A DNA stretch of 64,000 bases from Octopus vulgaris (GCA_951406725.2 OX597820.1:39494001-39558000), one strand, 5' to 3'; positions 36,030-50,010 are shown, counted from the stretch's first letter. The notes: generated by a model not told the origin, from the sequence alone. Program-made: numbers and translations.

Positions 36030-36796
36030 AAGGGAAGCAACTCTTTGGTGAAAAATAGATCAATAGATACACACAAGACGATAGAGTCAGGGTGTACAAA
36101 GGAGCGAAAGCTAGATTCGAACGCATTCTAGGGAACGACGAAAACGGTATATGCCCCCTGTACCGCAACAAGTTCTGGAATAGGTTAGAGAGGGACACCA
36201 ACAAAAAGATGAGAAACGTTACTTGGTACGATAACAGGAGATTTCACGGAGTGATGTTCGTTGACGCCACACCTATGAACGAGCTAAGTAAGGCATTCAA
36301 GAAAGTCCTGCGCACTACGGGCCTAAAAGTTAAAGTTGTAGAAAAGACAGGTAGGACTATCAAATCGGCATTATGCAGATCATATCCATTTGATAGAATC
36401 ACCTGTCAGAGTAATTGTGCAGTGTGTTCGACAAATCCACACGTAAATTGTAAAACCAAGGGCACTGTATACCAGATTAAGTGCCAGGAGGGAGCTTGCG
36501 CGGCTAACCCGGAGTCATACATAGGTGAGACCTCTAGAAGCATCAATGATAGGTTCAAAGAACACCTGGACAACTACATTGAAAGGAAGCCAAACTCCAT
36601 CTTCTACCAACATGCTGTAGACTGCCACAAGGGATCCTTAGGGGAGCTTAAGTTGAACATCCTATCTACACATCCCACCGATGCAATGTTGAGACAGGTC
36701 ACAGAAGCTGTTTGTATACAAGAATACAAACCTACTCTCAACCGAAAGTCCGAATGGAATAACATCCAGATCCCATTCAGAAGGACTATTCTATAA
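36030..36796 (+). mobile_element. Penelope-like element, 5'-truncated: RT thumb/linker, Cys-rich Zn motif and GIY-YIG endonuclease
   Basis: ORF 36092-36796: FVDATP...KVVEKTGRTIK...CQSNCAVC...NCKTKGTVYQIKC...YIGETSRSINDRFKEH...RQVTEAVCI...PTLNRKSEW. The Cys-rich linker suggests a Neptune-type PLE. Confidence 0.9.
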
Positions 36797-36949
36797 CCAC
36801 CCCCTCTCTCTCTCTCCCTTTCACCTGTAGTCCTTACATACAGGTTGCAATGCGTATGTGCAGTTATATACAACGGTATGAGCAGACGTTGTTTGATACG
36901 AACAGTCGCACCTAGGCGTTGTACCCATTCACGGTTAGACGACGATGAG

Positions 36950-37780
36950 AGGAACAAACACACACCCACACACATATATATATATGTGTGTGCGTCTATA
37001 CAAACATATATGTAAATATGTATACAACCTTCAGCTAAGTAACAGTCATGTACACAACTTGGACGGACACATGCCAGTACACGGACATACGTTCACATAC
37101 ACATACACATGTACACACTCTCACGGACACATCTGCCCATTCTCCTAGACACTCACATACATACGTAGCACATGAATACAAACATACATACATACCTACG
37201 TATGGGCATACACACGTACATACGCACGTACATGTACACACACACACATACATGGGCACATGCATACGGGCGCGTATACATACATACGCACATATGTGCG
37301 TATGTGTGTATGTATGTGTGTGTGTGTGTATGTGTGTGTGTGTGTGTGTGTGTGTATGTATACATACATACATACATACATACATACATACATACATACA
37401 TACATACATACGCACATACATACATACATACGAACAATAGTAAAACATTAGTTCTGTGATATAGAGATAAAAATCTGATAATAGATTTTAGGGTATAGTT
37501 CTTGTGAGCAAGTGTCATAAATTCACTTTCTAGCCTCGGCCGTAGGGAGTTGAAATTTGATAGCGTTGTGATGGGTGGTCACTCTACATCCATCCATCGC
37601 TACAGGTTTATAACTTTATGTTTTATAGAGTGTATGTGCGTGCTTATACACACACATACATATATACATACATACATACATACATGCATACACAGGCGTA
37701 TGTGCGGACATGAATACGTACATACATACACACATGTATGCATACATACACACATACATACGTACATACATATATATGAC
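36950..37780. repeat. Compound (CA)/(TG)/(CATA)n microsatellite field
   Basis: Visible simple repeats; source of the H/T/Y/V/C ORFs. Confidence 0.9.
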
Positions 37781-38139
37781 GAACTAACTGTTACTTTCTT
37801 AGATGCAGCACGGACTTTGTCAGTGAACAGGTCGCGGATTTTAGCGACGAAAATATTTTGACAAATTAAACTTAAATGTTGGAGTGAATCGAACGGCTTT
37901 TGTGTGTTTCTTAAATGGCTTATAAACACCTCCCACGCTGCAATTGTTTTCGTTTCAGCACACGATCTCAGATCAAATTACTTGCTATGCGAGTACATCT
38001 CCGTAAGATCAATAGAGATCGTTGATATATCTTGCGTCAGATATAATAGACTAAAACTTTTGAATGCTGCACCTCAGACTGATTGAAAGCCACCGACTGA
38101 AACCAACAAGATAAATAAGATAAATAAATAAATAAATAA

Positions 38140-38280
38140 ATGTGTGGTAAGTAACGGTTCGGGTTCAGTCCCACTGCGTGGCACCTTGGACAAGTGTCTT
38201 CTACTTATAGCCTCGGGCCGACCAAAGCCTTGTGAGTGGATTTGGTAGACGGAAACTGAAAGAAGCCCGTCGTATATATG

Positions 38281-38351
<71 letters not shown>

Positions 38352-38550
38352 TTGTCCTTCCAGCATCGCTTGACAACCGATGCTGGTGTGTTTATGTCCC
38401 TGTAACTTAGCGGTTCGGCAAAAGAGACCGATAGAATAAGTACTAAGCTTACAAAGAATAAGTCCTGCGGTCGATTTGCTCGACTAAAGGCGGTGCTCCA
38501 GCATAGCTACAGTCAAATGACTGAAACAAGTAGAAGTGTAAAAGAGAGAG
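38140..38550 (+). mobile_element. SINE family A (CpG-intact copy)
   Basis: Matches family consensus, including internal (TA)(TG) repeat and tail. Confidence 0.88.
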
Positions 38551-39643
38551 TAAATGGCAATATGCTTTACCACAAATGAACTGGTTTCTATGTCAGCCCT
38601 AAGTAAGCTAATGATCGAGGCGTTCCAGTTGTGACCATCCCGTCTTCTATTTTAGGTAAAATATTATGAATAACAATATGACTTTAGGTGTCTTTTCGTT
38701 CATGAACACAAATACGTTTTGGCGGGTAAATTTGGCTGCTATTTCTAGCAGACTTATCGAGTATGCGGAGAGTCGCGCGTTAGCTGGTAAGGCTCACTGT
38801 GTAGAGACACGCACGTTAGCTAAGAAGACTCTGTTTGAGCCTTATTATTACAGTTAGAAAATATTAATTAGAATCCACTACACCCATAATTCTTTCATGA
38901 TATCTTTGTTGAAGGTAGTGAATTTTTAGTTAATAAAAGCACTGAAGGGAATGCCTCGTACTGTTTGTTCTAATTCTCTGCGTTCTGAGTTAAAATCCCG
39001 CCCATTTTAAATAAATACAGGCGACGGATGCAATTGTTAGATTCAACTTAAGATGAGCGTAATGTTTGAATGCCGAATACTGGTATGCGGTGACGGGCAC
39101 CTACTACTGAGGATGTACAATATACTGAAATCATGAGATGTAGTTGTTCTGCACTCATTCCAGATGTGACTCTTCTGCTATGATATATATGTGCTTTTAA
39201 GCACCGGCCCTAAAGAGGCGGCCTTTCCCTTGGATAATATCGGCGGCAAGGAAAGATGAAAGTTTCATGCACATGTAGCTTCTAATCTTCCACAAAATCC
39301 TTGCCCAGGCCCGTGTTTATATATGCAAATCCATGGTCAACCCGGATCAATGGAAACCCTAAAGAGTTTTGTTTTTAAATGAAGAAAGAAATAATAATAA
39401 TAAAACAAAGAGAAGGAATCCTCTCTAAATCGTTCGACTTGCTTGAAATTTCTGGTGCATTCTAGAAGAATCTACTCTATCGTCTAACATTTCTATTAAT
39501 ATTTTGCTGCGGGTATACTATTAAATTTGCTTGAGAAAATTTTATGTTACTTTGCTAATTATACGCTCATACTAATGACAAATGACCATCACTCAAATGC
39601 AATGTTGACCACCTAAGTATATATACAACATTAGTTTTAAGTG

Positions 39644-39647
<4 letters not shown>

Positions 39648-39685
<38 letters not shown>

Positions 39686-41071
39686 TGTGTACAGTGCTCA
39701 GGTGCACTACAACTCATCTAAAGTGTATATATAATCAGGTGTAGTTTCGGCGGATTTCGGAAAGCATGAGGGCCTTAAAGGATGCAGTGTCATGGCAGTC
39801 AACAACTGACGCAGGCAGTTTATTCCATGCTTCAGCAACTCTGAGCGTGAAAAAATGTTTCCGAAAGTCATGGGAGCTGTGTTGTTTTCTGACTTTGTAG
39901 GCATGTCCACGTGTGTTAGACACATGGAGATCAAAAAGGTGTTCAGTGTTGTTGTTGTGAGGTGGTTGATAACCTTGTGGGTGTTTACCAAGTCCGTCGC
40001 CAGACGCCGGAGCTTCAGTGAATCCATGCCCATGGAAACAAGGCGCTCAGAATATGGTAGGTGTCTGATGGAGGGTATGCGTTTGGTTGCACGTCTCTGG
40101 ACAGATTCCAGGAGGTCAATGTTCTGAGCAAGATAGGGATTCCAAACTGATGATGCGAATTCCAAGTGTGGTCGTACCATAGCTGTATACAGTTTTAAAT
40201 AGATGGCTGGAGAGCGGCTAACAAAAGTCTTGCTGAGTGATGCCAAGACACCCTCGGCCTTCTTGACAATTTTAGAGATATGCTTTGTCCAACGCAAATC
40301 ACTGCTGACAGTGATGCCTAGGTCACGCTCACAAGAGGATTTCTTGTTATCAGTGTTGTGGAGGGAGTATGTGGACACAGGGTTTTTTCTCCCAAAATGC
40401 ATGGTGGTACACTTGTCCACAGCCAGTTTCAGTTGCCAGTCTGTGATCCATTGCTGCATTGTGTCTAGGTCTGATTGCAGGAAAGAGTTGTAGACATCAG
40501 GATCTGTCCTCTTGATTTCAAGGTACAGCTTGATGTCGTCTGCATATTTCAATACTGTGGCATTCTTTAAATTGGCATCTATGTCATTAATGTATGCCAC
40601 AAACAGGAGGGGACCAAGGACAGATCCCTGTGGTACACCCGATGACATCTCATATGGTGTAGAGTGCTGTCCTAGAACTGTGACTACCTCCTTTCGGCTG
40701 AGGATGAAGGATTTCAACCAGTTAAAAAGGTCATCCCCCACACCCATTGCAGAGAGTTTCACCATAAGCCTTTTGTGTGGCACAGAGTTGAAAGCCTTAG
40801 CAAAGTCAAGGTAGACAACATCCACCCATGAGCCACTGTCAGTGATCTGAGTAATGTCCTCAAGGAACTCGACAAGCAGGTCACTGCAGCTGGAGTTAGG
40901 GACAAATCCATATTGTGAGGGTCGGATGAGACTGTGAGAGCTCCAGAAGTTCCAGAGTGTTTCTCTGACACACGATTCCATCAGTTTTGCAATACAGCTA
41001 GTGAGACTGACTGGGCGATAGTTGACAGGTGATGTGCGGTCACCCTTTTTGAACAGAGGAATGACACTGGC
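39648..41071 (-). mobile_element. 5'-truncated CR1-clade LINE (RT domain), recent
   Basis: NYRPVSLTS, QYGF, DVVYLDFAKAFNSVPH, GVPQGSVLGPLLF, YINDI/YADD, VRPHLEFASSVWNP. Frameshift near 39950 into TRGHAYK...FFTLRVAEAWNKLP. (ATT)n tail on -; likely TSD agtgtata at 39640-39647 and 41072-41079. Confidence 0.93.
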
Positions 41072-41654
41072 AGTGTATATTATTAAGATTCTAGTAAGCA
41101 CTTGAAATGCCTTTTGAATTTGATTTTCCATAAAAAGCTCGAACAATTAGGAAACTAAGGGTAAAATTATAAAAGCTGCTTATGTAAAACAAAGATCATT
41201 GGGAAGTTGTCAGAATCTCAACTGTCTTTTATTTTGGAGCCATCATTATGGAAGTATACGATTAAGAAACAAATCGATTTCATCTTGAAAACCTTGTGTG
41301 CGTACATATTTCTGTTGGTTTCAAATTTTGGCCCAAGGCCAGCAATTTCAAGGGAGGAACTAGTCGATTACATTGACTTCGATACTCAGCTGATACTTAT
41401 TTTATCGACTCCTGAAAGGATAAAAGCAGAAGTCGACCTCGGTGGAATTTGAACTCAGAACGTAAAGAAGCACGAAATGCCACTAAGCCTTTTACAAAGT
41501 GTGTTAACGTTTTGGCCAGCTCGCAGCCTTAATTTTTACCTTTATATATTAATTATAAAACATGTCTGGGTGTGCAGCAGCGCACTGTTTTAAAGGAAAT
41601 TTGTTAACGTCTTAGAAATGAAAGGACGCATTGGATGATGTTGTTTTAGATACA

Positions 41655-41943
41655 CTCTCTTACTCTTTTACTTGTTTCAGTCATTTGACTGCGGCCATGC
41701 TGGAGCACCGCCTTTAATCGAGCAACTCGACCCCGGGACTTATTCTTTTGTAAGCCCAGTACTTATTTCTTTTGCCGAACCGCTAAGTAACGGGGACATA
41801 AACACACCAGCATCGGTTGTCAAGCAATGCTAGGGAGACAAACACACACACAAACACACACACGCATATATATGTGGTGCTATTAAGTTAGACATGGCCT
41901 GGGCCAATAATGGCCGAAACCTATCAAAGTATCAAAGTATAAA

Positions 41944-41975
<32 letters not shown>

Positions 41976-42134
41976 GACGGGCTTCTTTCAGTTTCCGTCT
42001 ACCAAATCCACTCACAAGTATTTGGTCGGCCCGAGGCTATAGCAGAAGACACTTGCCCAAGGTGCCACGCAGTGGGACTGAACCCAGAACCATGTGGTTG
42101 GTAAACAAGCTACTTACCACACAGCCACTCCTGC
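41655..42134 (-). mobile_element. SINE family A
   Basis: Full consensus from the gcaggagtggctgtgtggtaag head to the taaaagag tail, with a short foreign insert at ~41875-41945. Confidence 0.88.
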
Positions 42135-42983
42135 GCATATGCCAGAACAAAAAAAAGAAAGGAATTGATCGTGTGTATTCTGGATCAGGACGGACCTGGA
42201 TTAATGAACGTGAAAATATTGCTCCTGCCACCGCTTTTTCATTAAAATATGAAACAAATAAAAACGTTTACGAATTGGTTAGACTTAGTGTAATAGATCT
42301 TTGATCAAAACCATTCGAACTCCAATCATCTCGCATTTCTGTCAAGCATAGTTTATCTAGGGTTACAGAATCCAATGTGTCTCTCCTGTTGTAACAAATG
42401 TCTCACTCATAGATCTTTGGGACCATCTGGAATTTTGTTTATTGTTGCGCAAAAAATAGAGTTATTTCCCTTGATAAATGTTTGAGTTATCTACCTTAGA
42501 CTACTGTGAAAACTACCTTCCACCATATAAAATAAAATTTTCGTTTTTTTTGAAAAATCTTTGGCGTACTTTTAGACGGCATCATTATAACCGTAGACTA
42601 CATTAATCTTATACCATATTGCTTTCTGCTGGGAAGTAGAAAACTGGGGATTATAAGAAACAACTGTACCAGATTGTGAAGTGTAAATCTTATATCTTTC
42701 ATTTGACTCCACACGAGACGACTTTATATCATATCAGTTTTCTTTGTCCTCGACTCTCTTCGCCACTTCTCTTTCTACTGTTGCTTTCCCTCCCACCTCT
42801 CTCTCTCATTTCCCTTCTACCTATCTCTCTTATTATCACTTTCTCTCCGTCTATCTTTCTTCGCAATCCAGCCTGCATCAAACCGTACCTTAGTCGCTTA
42901 AAGAGGGAAGAAGAGACTGGATAATCCATTATATATTCTCCTAAATAGATGAATTTGCTCGATCAGTTTTGGCCGGGTGTCAA

Positions 42984-42984
42984 A

Positions 42985-43033
<49 letters not shown>

Positions 43034-43060
43034 GCTGCTGCTGCTACTGTTGCTGCTGAA

Positions 43061-43143
<83 letters not shown>

Positions 43144-43160
43144 CGCCGCTGTTGTTGTTG
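42984..43160. repeat. Compound (TAC)n/(TGC)n/(GTT)n microsatellite
   Basis: Visible trinucleotide runs. Similar fields at 43365-43455, 44125-44290, 45020-45305, 45380-45530 and 54828-54950. Confidence 0.95.
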
Positions 43161-43405
43161 TTAAGCAACAAGACGGGTAAGGGTGATTAGGTGATGGTCT
43201 AGGGCGTAAGGGCAGGAGACCCCAGACCTTGGGAAAGAAAACAAAACTTTGTTCGTCTTGTTGTAGTCGAGGGCTCTTCGTTGACGCCCGACACCACTGG
43301 GAAGCGGCCCTCGAAGTCGCTGGAAATGGAGATCTCCAGGTCCAAATTCTTGAACGGCTACTGATGCTGCTGCTGATGATGAAGATGATGATGATGATGA
43401 TGGTG

Positions 43406-43437
<32 letters not shown>

Positions 43438-43592
43438 TATAATAATAATAATAATCCTTTCTATTACAGGCACAAGGCCTGAAATTTGGTGGAGGGGAAC
43501 AGTCGATTCCATCAACCCCAGTGTTTCATTGGTACTTAATTTATCGACCCCGAATGAATGAAAAGCAAATCTGACCGCATAACGTCAAAATA

Positions 43593-44125
43593 CTGATGCA
43601 GTACCAGGCAGTAGCTTTCATGGCTTCTAATCTTAACTGATTGGAAGTGTTATCATGTACATTGTTTGGTCTTAGTACAAAAGACGGGCTACAGAAAATT
43701 TTCTGCTCAGTACCACAGATTTGCTTGACAGTTGTTCGACCTTAACCAGCTGAGCATGTCCATTAGTGCATCTCTGGACACGAGTAGATGTAGTGGGGAA
43801 GCATCATAGCCATGTGTTGTAAGGAATTCTTTGGGGTTTGGATAATTCCTCTTTGGAAATATGGGTGTTTCGTTCAACATCTTTAAACAACCCTTATTCA
43901 GGGACCTTTGAGCGGCATGGGACACTCGACCTGACGAAAATTCTGAGTCCCATCTGCAAGGTCATGCGATGTTTATCTTGATATGAGATCACCATGTCGT
44001 GCACATATTGTTGTGATGCATGTATCTGGTGTACCCTTATCAGACGGGTAGTCATGATGGGTATACTGGGCTTCGTATATTTTACCCAAGTGTCAATTTG
44101 ATGGTATCCACTGCACTGTCACACA
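43593..44125. mobile_element. ~540-bp non-coding interspersed repeat ending at (AAT)n
   Basis: Homologous over its full length to 46381-46934. Confidence 0.8.
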
Positions 44126-44133
44126 ATAATAAC

Positions 44134-44191
<58 letters not shown>

Positions 44192-44729
44192 GTGATATGA
44201 AGAAGAAGAGGAAAAAGAAGAAGAAGAAAAAGAAGAAGGAGAGGAAAACAACAACAACAACAACAACAACTTTAGCAGCAGCATCATCATCTTTTCTCTT
44301 GTTTACTCAAACAGATGGAGCGGCTACCCAAACTGTTACAGGACCCTTCAAATTGGTGCGAAAATGTTAGAAGAAAATAATGAGTCACTGGTTACTTGTA
44401 GCTAATACTTCGGTCTTTGTCAATAACTCATCCAGAAATCAATAGCCGCGTGTGCATTTGTAGGGTAAAAAACAGAAACTAGAAGAAGTCCCCCTACAGA
44501 TTACTGATGTGTCCAGTCTCCTGGTATTCTAGGGGACCACAGCGAGCTGATAACCCACAAAAGTATGCACTAAGATATTTTGAAAGAAGCAGTCCAGCAT
44601 CGGACTAAAGGCTTTGGAGTATTTAGTTTGACCTTTTTACGATGTAGGTTCGAATATCGCTGGAATCTAACGTATCTTTTATTATCTTCCCAAATCTCAA
44701 AGTAAATAACTAAGTGTGAATCACATATT

Positions 44730-44792
<63 letters not shown>

Positions 44793-44805
44793 ACACACAC
44801 GCGCG

Positions 44806-44839
<34 letters not shown>

Positions 44840-45018
44840 ACATATTCGAGTTCTTTCACAAGGCTTAGAAAACCTGAAGGTCCACTGCAATAAGAGTGTA
44901 AATCTGAGAGAGAAATATGTTGAATGAGATCATTACTAACTGATCCTCTCGTATTTTCTTTTACTCAAAACCAGGAACATTTCAGTACCCTCTCGTATAT
45001 ATATCAAAAATCAATCAT

Positions 45019-45077
<59 letters not shown>

Positions 45078-45161
45078 CTTCCAATCTCTTTAATTTTTAG
45101 CTTCATCCACTGTCAGAAAGCATCATTAACATCGTCATCATTGTCATCATCATCGTTATCG

Positions 45162-45259
<98 letters not shown>

Positions 45260-45394
45260 GTCATCATAACCACCACCACCACCATCATCATCATTTCTGT
45301 CATCATTTTACTTTAATTCACCACAAAATATCTTGTATCTAAAGGTCTGATATAAGCAAAGCAAAAATAGCAGCAGCACCGCCACTACCACCGC

Positions 45395-45435
<41 letters not shown>

Positions 45436-45442
45436 GCTACTG

Positions 45443-45489
<47 letters not shown>

Positions 45490-45810
45490 GCTACTGCCGC
45501 TGCTGCTGATGATGATGCTGATGCTGGTGCAGCCGTTGTTTTCTTGTTATTAAGGCGGCGAGCTGGCAGAATTGTTTGTATGGCGGACGAAATGCTTAGC
45601 GGCATTTCGTCTGTCTTTACGTTCTAAGTTCAAATGTCACCGAGGACGACCTTTACTTTCCCTCCTTTCGAGTAAGGGTGTGGAGGTTACAATAATTACT
45701 AGTTGAGCACTGCTGGGGGTCGATGTAGTCGACTTACCCAAACCCAGAAATTTCAGGCATGTGCCTATATCAAATAATAATAATAATGATAATAATAATA
45801 ATAATAATAA

Positions 45811-46358
45811 GCTATGCCAACATTATGGAATAACAACAGAAAAAAGATGGTATAGGCACACACCAGAAGAGGTCACAGAAAACGAGAAAGCAACCATACT
45901 CTGGGATATGCCGATACACACAGATAGAGAAATTAAGGCCAACAGACCAGATATAGTTGTCAGAGATCATGAAGAAAAAAAATGCTTTCTAATTGATGTA
46001 TCAATACCGGCAGATGACAACATGTCTCTAAAAGAAATGGAGAAACTCTCAAAATACAAAGACCTGGAAATAGAGGTAACTAGAATGTGGAATCTGAAAA
46101 CAGAAACAATTCCTATCATAGTAGGTGCATTAGGCATGATAAAAAAATATTCAGACAAATACATAACAAAAACACCAGGACTTACAAACACATATAACAT
46201 ACAGAAAATTGCACTACTAGGCACTGCACACATCCTACGCAGAACACTTTCCATACAATAACCATCAGAGCATCACAACAAATCACAGCACATACCCAAG
46301 GCACACAGAGCTGCGCTCGGTAGTGAAGTGAAAGCACGCTATAAAAATAAAACTACTG
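45811..46358 (+). mobile_element. Dong/R4-clade retroelement 3' end (restriction-like endonuclease) inserted in (AAT)n
   Basis: ORF: WYRHTPEEVTENEKATILWDMPIHTDREIKANRPDIVV...LIDVSIP...KEMEKLSKYKDL...IPIIVGALG...IQKIALLGTAHILRRTL*. Flanked on both sides by TAA repeats, the known Dong target. Confidence 0.9.
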
Positions 46359-46380
46359 AATAATAATAATAATAATAAAT

Positions 46381-46934
46381 GCCCTGATGCAGTACCAGGC
46401 AGTGGCTCTCATGGCTTCTGATCTTAACTGATTGGAAGTGTCATCATGTACATTGTTTTGTCTTGGTATAAAAGATGGGCTACAGCAAATATTGTGCTCA
46501 ATACCACAGATTTGCTTGTGAGTTGTTTGACCGTAACCAGTTGAGCATGTCCCTTAGTGGCTGACGATACGTGCATCTCTGATCACGAGCAGAAGTAGTG
46601 GGGGAGCATCATAGCCATGGGTTGAGAGGGATTCTTTGGGGTTTGAATAATTCACCTCTGGAAACATGGGTGGTTCTTTCAACATCCTTAAACAACCCTT
46701 ATTCAAGGACCTTTTGAGCGGGATGGGCTATTCAACCTGAAGAAAATTCTAACTGGGCCCCACCTGCAAGGTCATGTGCTGTTTATCTTGATATGAGATC
46801 ACCATGTCGCGCACATATGGTTGTGATGCATGTGCCTGGTGTACCCTTATCAGACGGGTAGTCATGATGGGTATATTGGGCTTCGTATATTTTACCCCAG
46901 TGTCACTTTGATGGCATGCACTGCTCTCTCACTC
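46381..46934. mobile_element. ~555-bp non-coding element inserted in (AAT)n
   Basis: Flanked on both sides by AAT repeats, directly after the Dong copy; second copy at 43593-44125. Confidence 0.8.
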
Positions 46935-46970
<36 letters not shown>

Positions 46971-48470
46971 TTAATATTGATGTAAATTATAACGGTGGCA
47001 GAGGTCATACTTACCTAAAAGATCTGTTGCGACATTCGGTAGATAACACATAAAGCTGTAAAAAATCGATTTCGCCTCATGAAATAATAAATGTTAGGTG
47101 AACTATCTCGATCGAAATGCATCATATAGAAGCGTTTTCGTGTTTATGGGCAGATAAGGTGAGAAGTCTTGTTTAATTAGTGGGCTAGACGTCTCTTCAC
47201 TTGCTGGTACTGCAGTGTATGTGAAAAAGATGCAGCTAGAAATATCTGTAGTGACGTTGATTCTTGGTTTGTCGTCAATTTTGTGGTGCATTCCGCGGGT
47301 AAACACATTGCTAGTTAAGGCTTGAATAAAGTTTCTGGTAAAAATGAACACCAAAGACCACATGGCAGTCTAATAGTATACCTCATTGTGGAAGCGGATA
47401 TCAATCAGACAGATGGTGCAAGAAAATTCAGTTGTTACATGCTTGGAAGTGATAACCTCTTGAATATTCTCCTTCCAGAAGCGGAAAAGGTAAAATAGAA
47501 GGAGGTAATTGTACGTAGCAACAAAGACAGGAACAACACCAGGTCCTAGAATTGTAATCGGCATGAAGAAAAATTGTTTCTACATTCTCACCTTGTTCTG
47601 TGTTTTCTGATACTCTCCACGAGGAAATTTTTAGAAAGTCATCACTTAGCCCCGTTGTTAGCATAATCTTAGCTTACCATGTTTTCTTATATGTTTGGAT
47701 TTCGATTGCTTTGTCTTTCATCACATAGGGTCATTCAAATATTTTATCTGATGTAAAAATATTTATGCAGGAGCTGACAAAGGCAAAAAATGATTAACAA
47801 GTCTCTCGCAACTCACACTCGTCTATTTAAAGCAACGGGGATGCGTTCTGTATTATATTTCCAGATATATTGGCTGAGAAAAGAAGATTAGATTCACTCG
47901 GATGTAAAGAGGTCTTTCCAGGAGCTAAGCAGCAAAGATATCAACAACAAGCTTTCTGTGGAGATTCTCTGATTATAAGTAAAAAAAACCTTTCAGTAGA
48001 TTTATATGAATATCTAACACTGTATAAGAACTACTCTAGTGCAAAACTATGTTGGCACACAAGTTTATTCGTTATCTTAAACGAAATATTGGTTTCCAAT
48101 TTTGATCCAAGACCAGCAAGCTCTGGAGAGGGGATAAAATCAATTACATCGACCCCAGTGCATGACTGGTACTTATTTTATCGACTTTCGGCAGGACGAA
48201 CGGCAAAGTCATCCTCAGCGAAAGTTGAACTCAGAGCGTTAAGGCAAATGAAATGCTGTAAGGTATTTTGCCCGGTGTGCTAGCGATTCTACCAGCCTTA
48301 CATCTTAAACGAAATACTGAAAGCTAATATTAGAATGGCAGTTTCCTAATTTTCGTAAGAGGTAATGAGATTTGGTCAATTGTGTCTTAAAATCTCCCTC
48401 AATGATATCCCCTCAAATCGTTCTGAGATCTAGCCAAACGGTTAGACTACGCACACAAACACACACACAC

Positions 48471-48530
<60 letters not shown>

Positions 48531-48533
<3 letters not shown>

Positions 48534-48990
48534 CGAGTAAAACGCCCCCGTCCAATGGACGGTGCTGAGTTGTCAAACAATTAAACCAAATTTTCTCAAA
48601 ACAACTTGTCCGACCGTCCCATAGGCCTCCCCTCTGAGAAACACCTATTTAACCTAAATTTGAAACATCAGCAAAAGAAGAAATAAAGATAGACTTTTTT
48701 TTATTCCAAAGAAAAGCGATTTTATTCACATAAATATGCAGCCGAAGAGTTTAAAGTACCAGTAAGTACATCGCAACAGCTGATGTACTTGCGCATACAA
48801 ATGCACGTTCTCACGGCTTTATCGATCGCATTCTCACCTGGAATCAATTTTTGTAATTTTTTCAAGACTTATACACGCCCTGATACCGTCGGTATCTACA
48901 TATCAAATTTGAGCGCAATCGGATGTAGGATGCCCGAGATCCTTGAAGACACTCACGCAGACAGACAGACAGAACGGATTTTATATAATA
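48531..48990 (+). mobile_element. Non-autonomous Helentron-type (HINE-like) element, CpG-intact copy
   Basis: Homolog of 13390-13808, inserted in (TA)n, ending (CAGA)n + ttttatataata. Confidence 0.65.
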
Positions 48991-49009
48991 TATATATATA
49001 TATACATAC

Positions 49010-49079
<70 letters not shown>

Positions 49080-49414
49080 CATAAAAATTTAACAATTTCG
49101 AAAAAAGCCAGCCATTTACATAAATATATGATGAATGAACATTTCCATGTGCTACGATGGACTCGACGGTTGTCTGTTTGGTTCCGCCTGGTATGTCGGT
49201 TTTGTTTATTTTTGATATGTTTTGAATATGTTTCACTGATGGACAAAAGACGTAGATAATACGTTAATTGCGAAATCACAGGTGATCTGGAACTAAATTC
49301 TTTTTTTGAATGTCTTGCTTTGAGAACTGCATTCGGTACGATCCGTTTACTTTTGGTAGTAATGACTGTGAAAGTCCCTCCTAGCGTGTGGCATTAATGT
49401 GTAATAATGCCCTC

Positions 49415-49456
<42 letters not shown>

Positions 49457-49459
<3 letters not shown>

Positions 49460-49675
49460 TGGTTTTCAACCAGGGTTCTGCGGAACCTTAGGGTTCCGCC
49501 AGTACAGTCCAGGGGTTCCACAAGAAGTTACAAAACTGCTAAAATCGGCAGTAATTTTTAAGTCTCCTGTGCAGATATGTGTGCATAAGACTATTAGATT
49601 ATTGCACAGGGGTTCCTCAAGCCAGTGGAATGTTTCCTTGGGGTTCCGCTCCAGCAAAAAGTTTGAAAAGCACTG
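49457..49675. mobile_element. hAT/Charlie-type MITE
   Basis: Termini cagtggttttcaa / ttgaaaagcactg, internal gggttcc repeats, inserted in (TA)n. Confidence 0.8.
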
Positions 49676-50010
49676 ATATATATATATATATATATAAGAT
49701 CAAAGGTAGAACAGAAAAAAACACAACAAACGGAAACCGTCAAAACACAATATGCAGGAAAAGGACAAAAGCACGACACCGGCAAACAGGACAGACCAAA
49801 ATTCCACGGATCATTCGCAGCCAATTGCCTCTTTAGTCGAAATCCGGAATGTCCACGAAGCTTCGTCCATTTATTTCCGATACTTCTCGAAACCGGCTGG
49901 GCCAAGGACTCAAGCTAAAAGTATTAAGCCCCTGTGCAAGGCAAACGAATTTACGTTTAGGAAAACAAATACGTAAACAACAGAAAGGGCTTTTCGACTC
50001 TCGGACGAGC

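Noticed and set aside
47000-47760. Possible decayed transposase on the minus strand
   Set aside because: Sequence looks formerly coding, but no diagnostic motif could be read.
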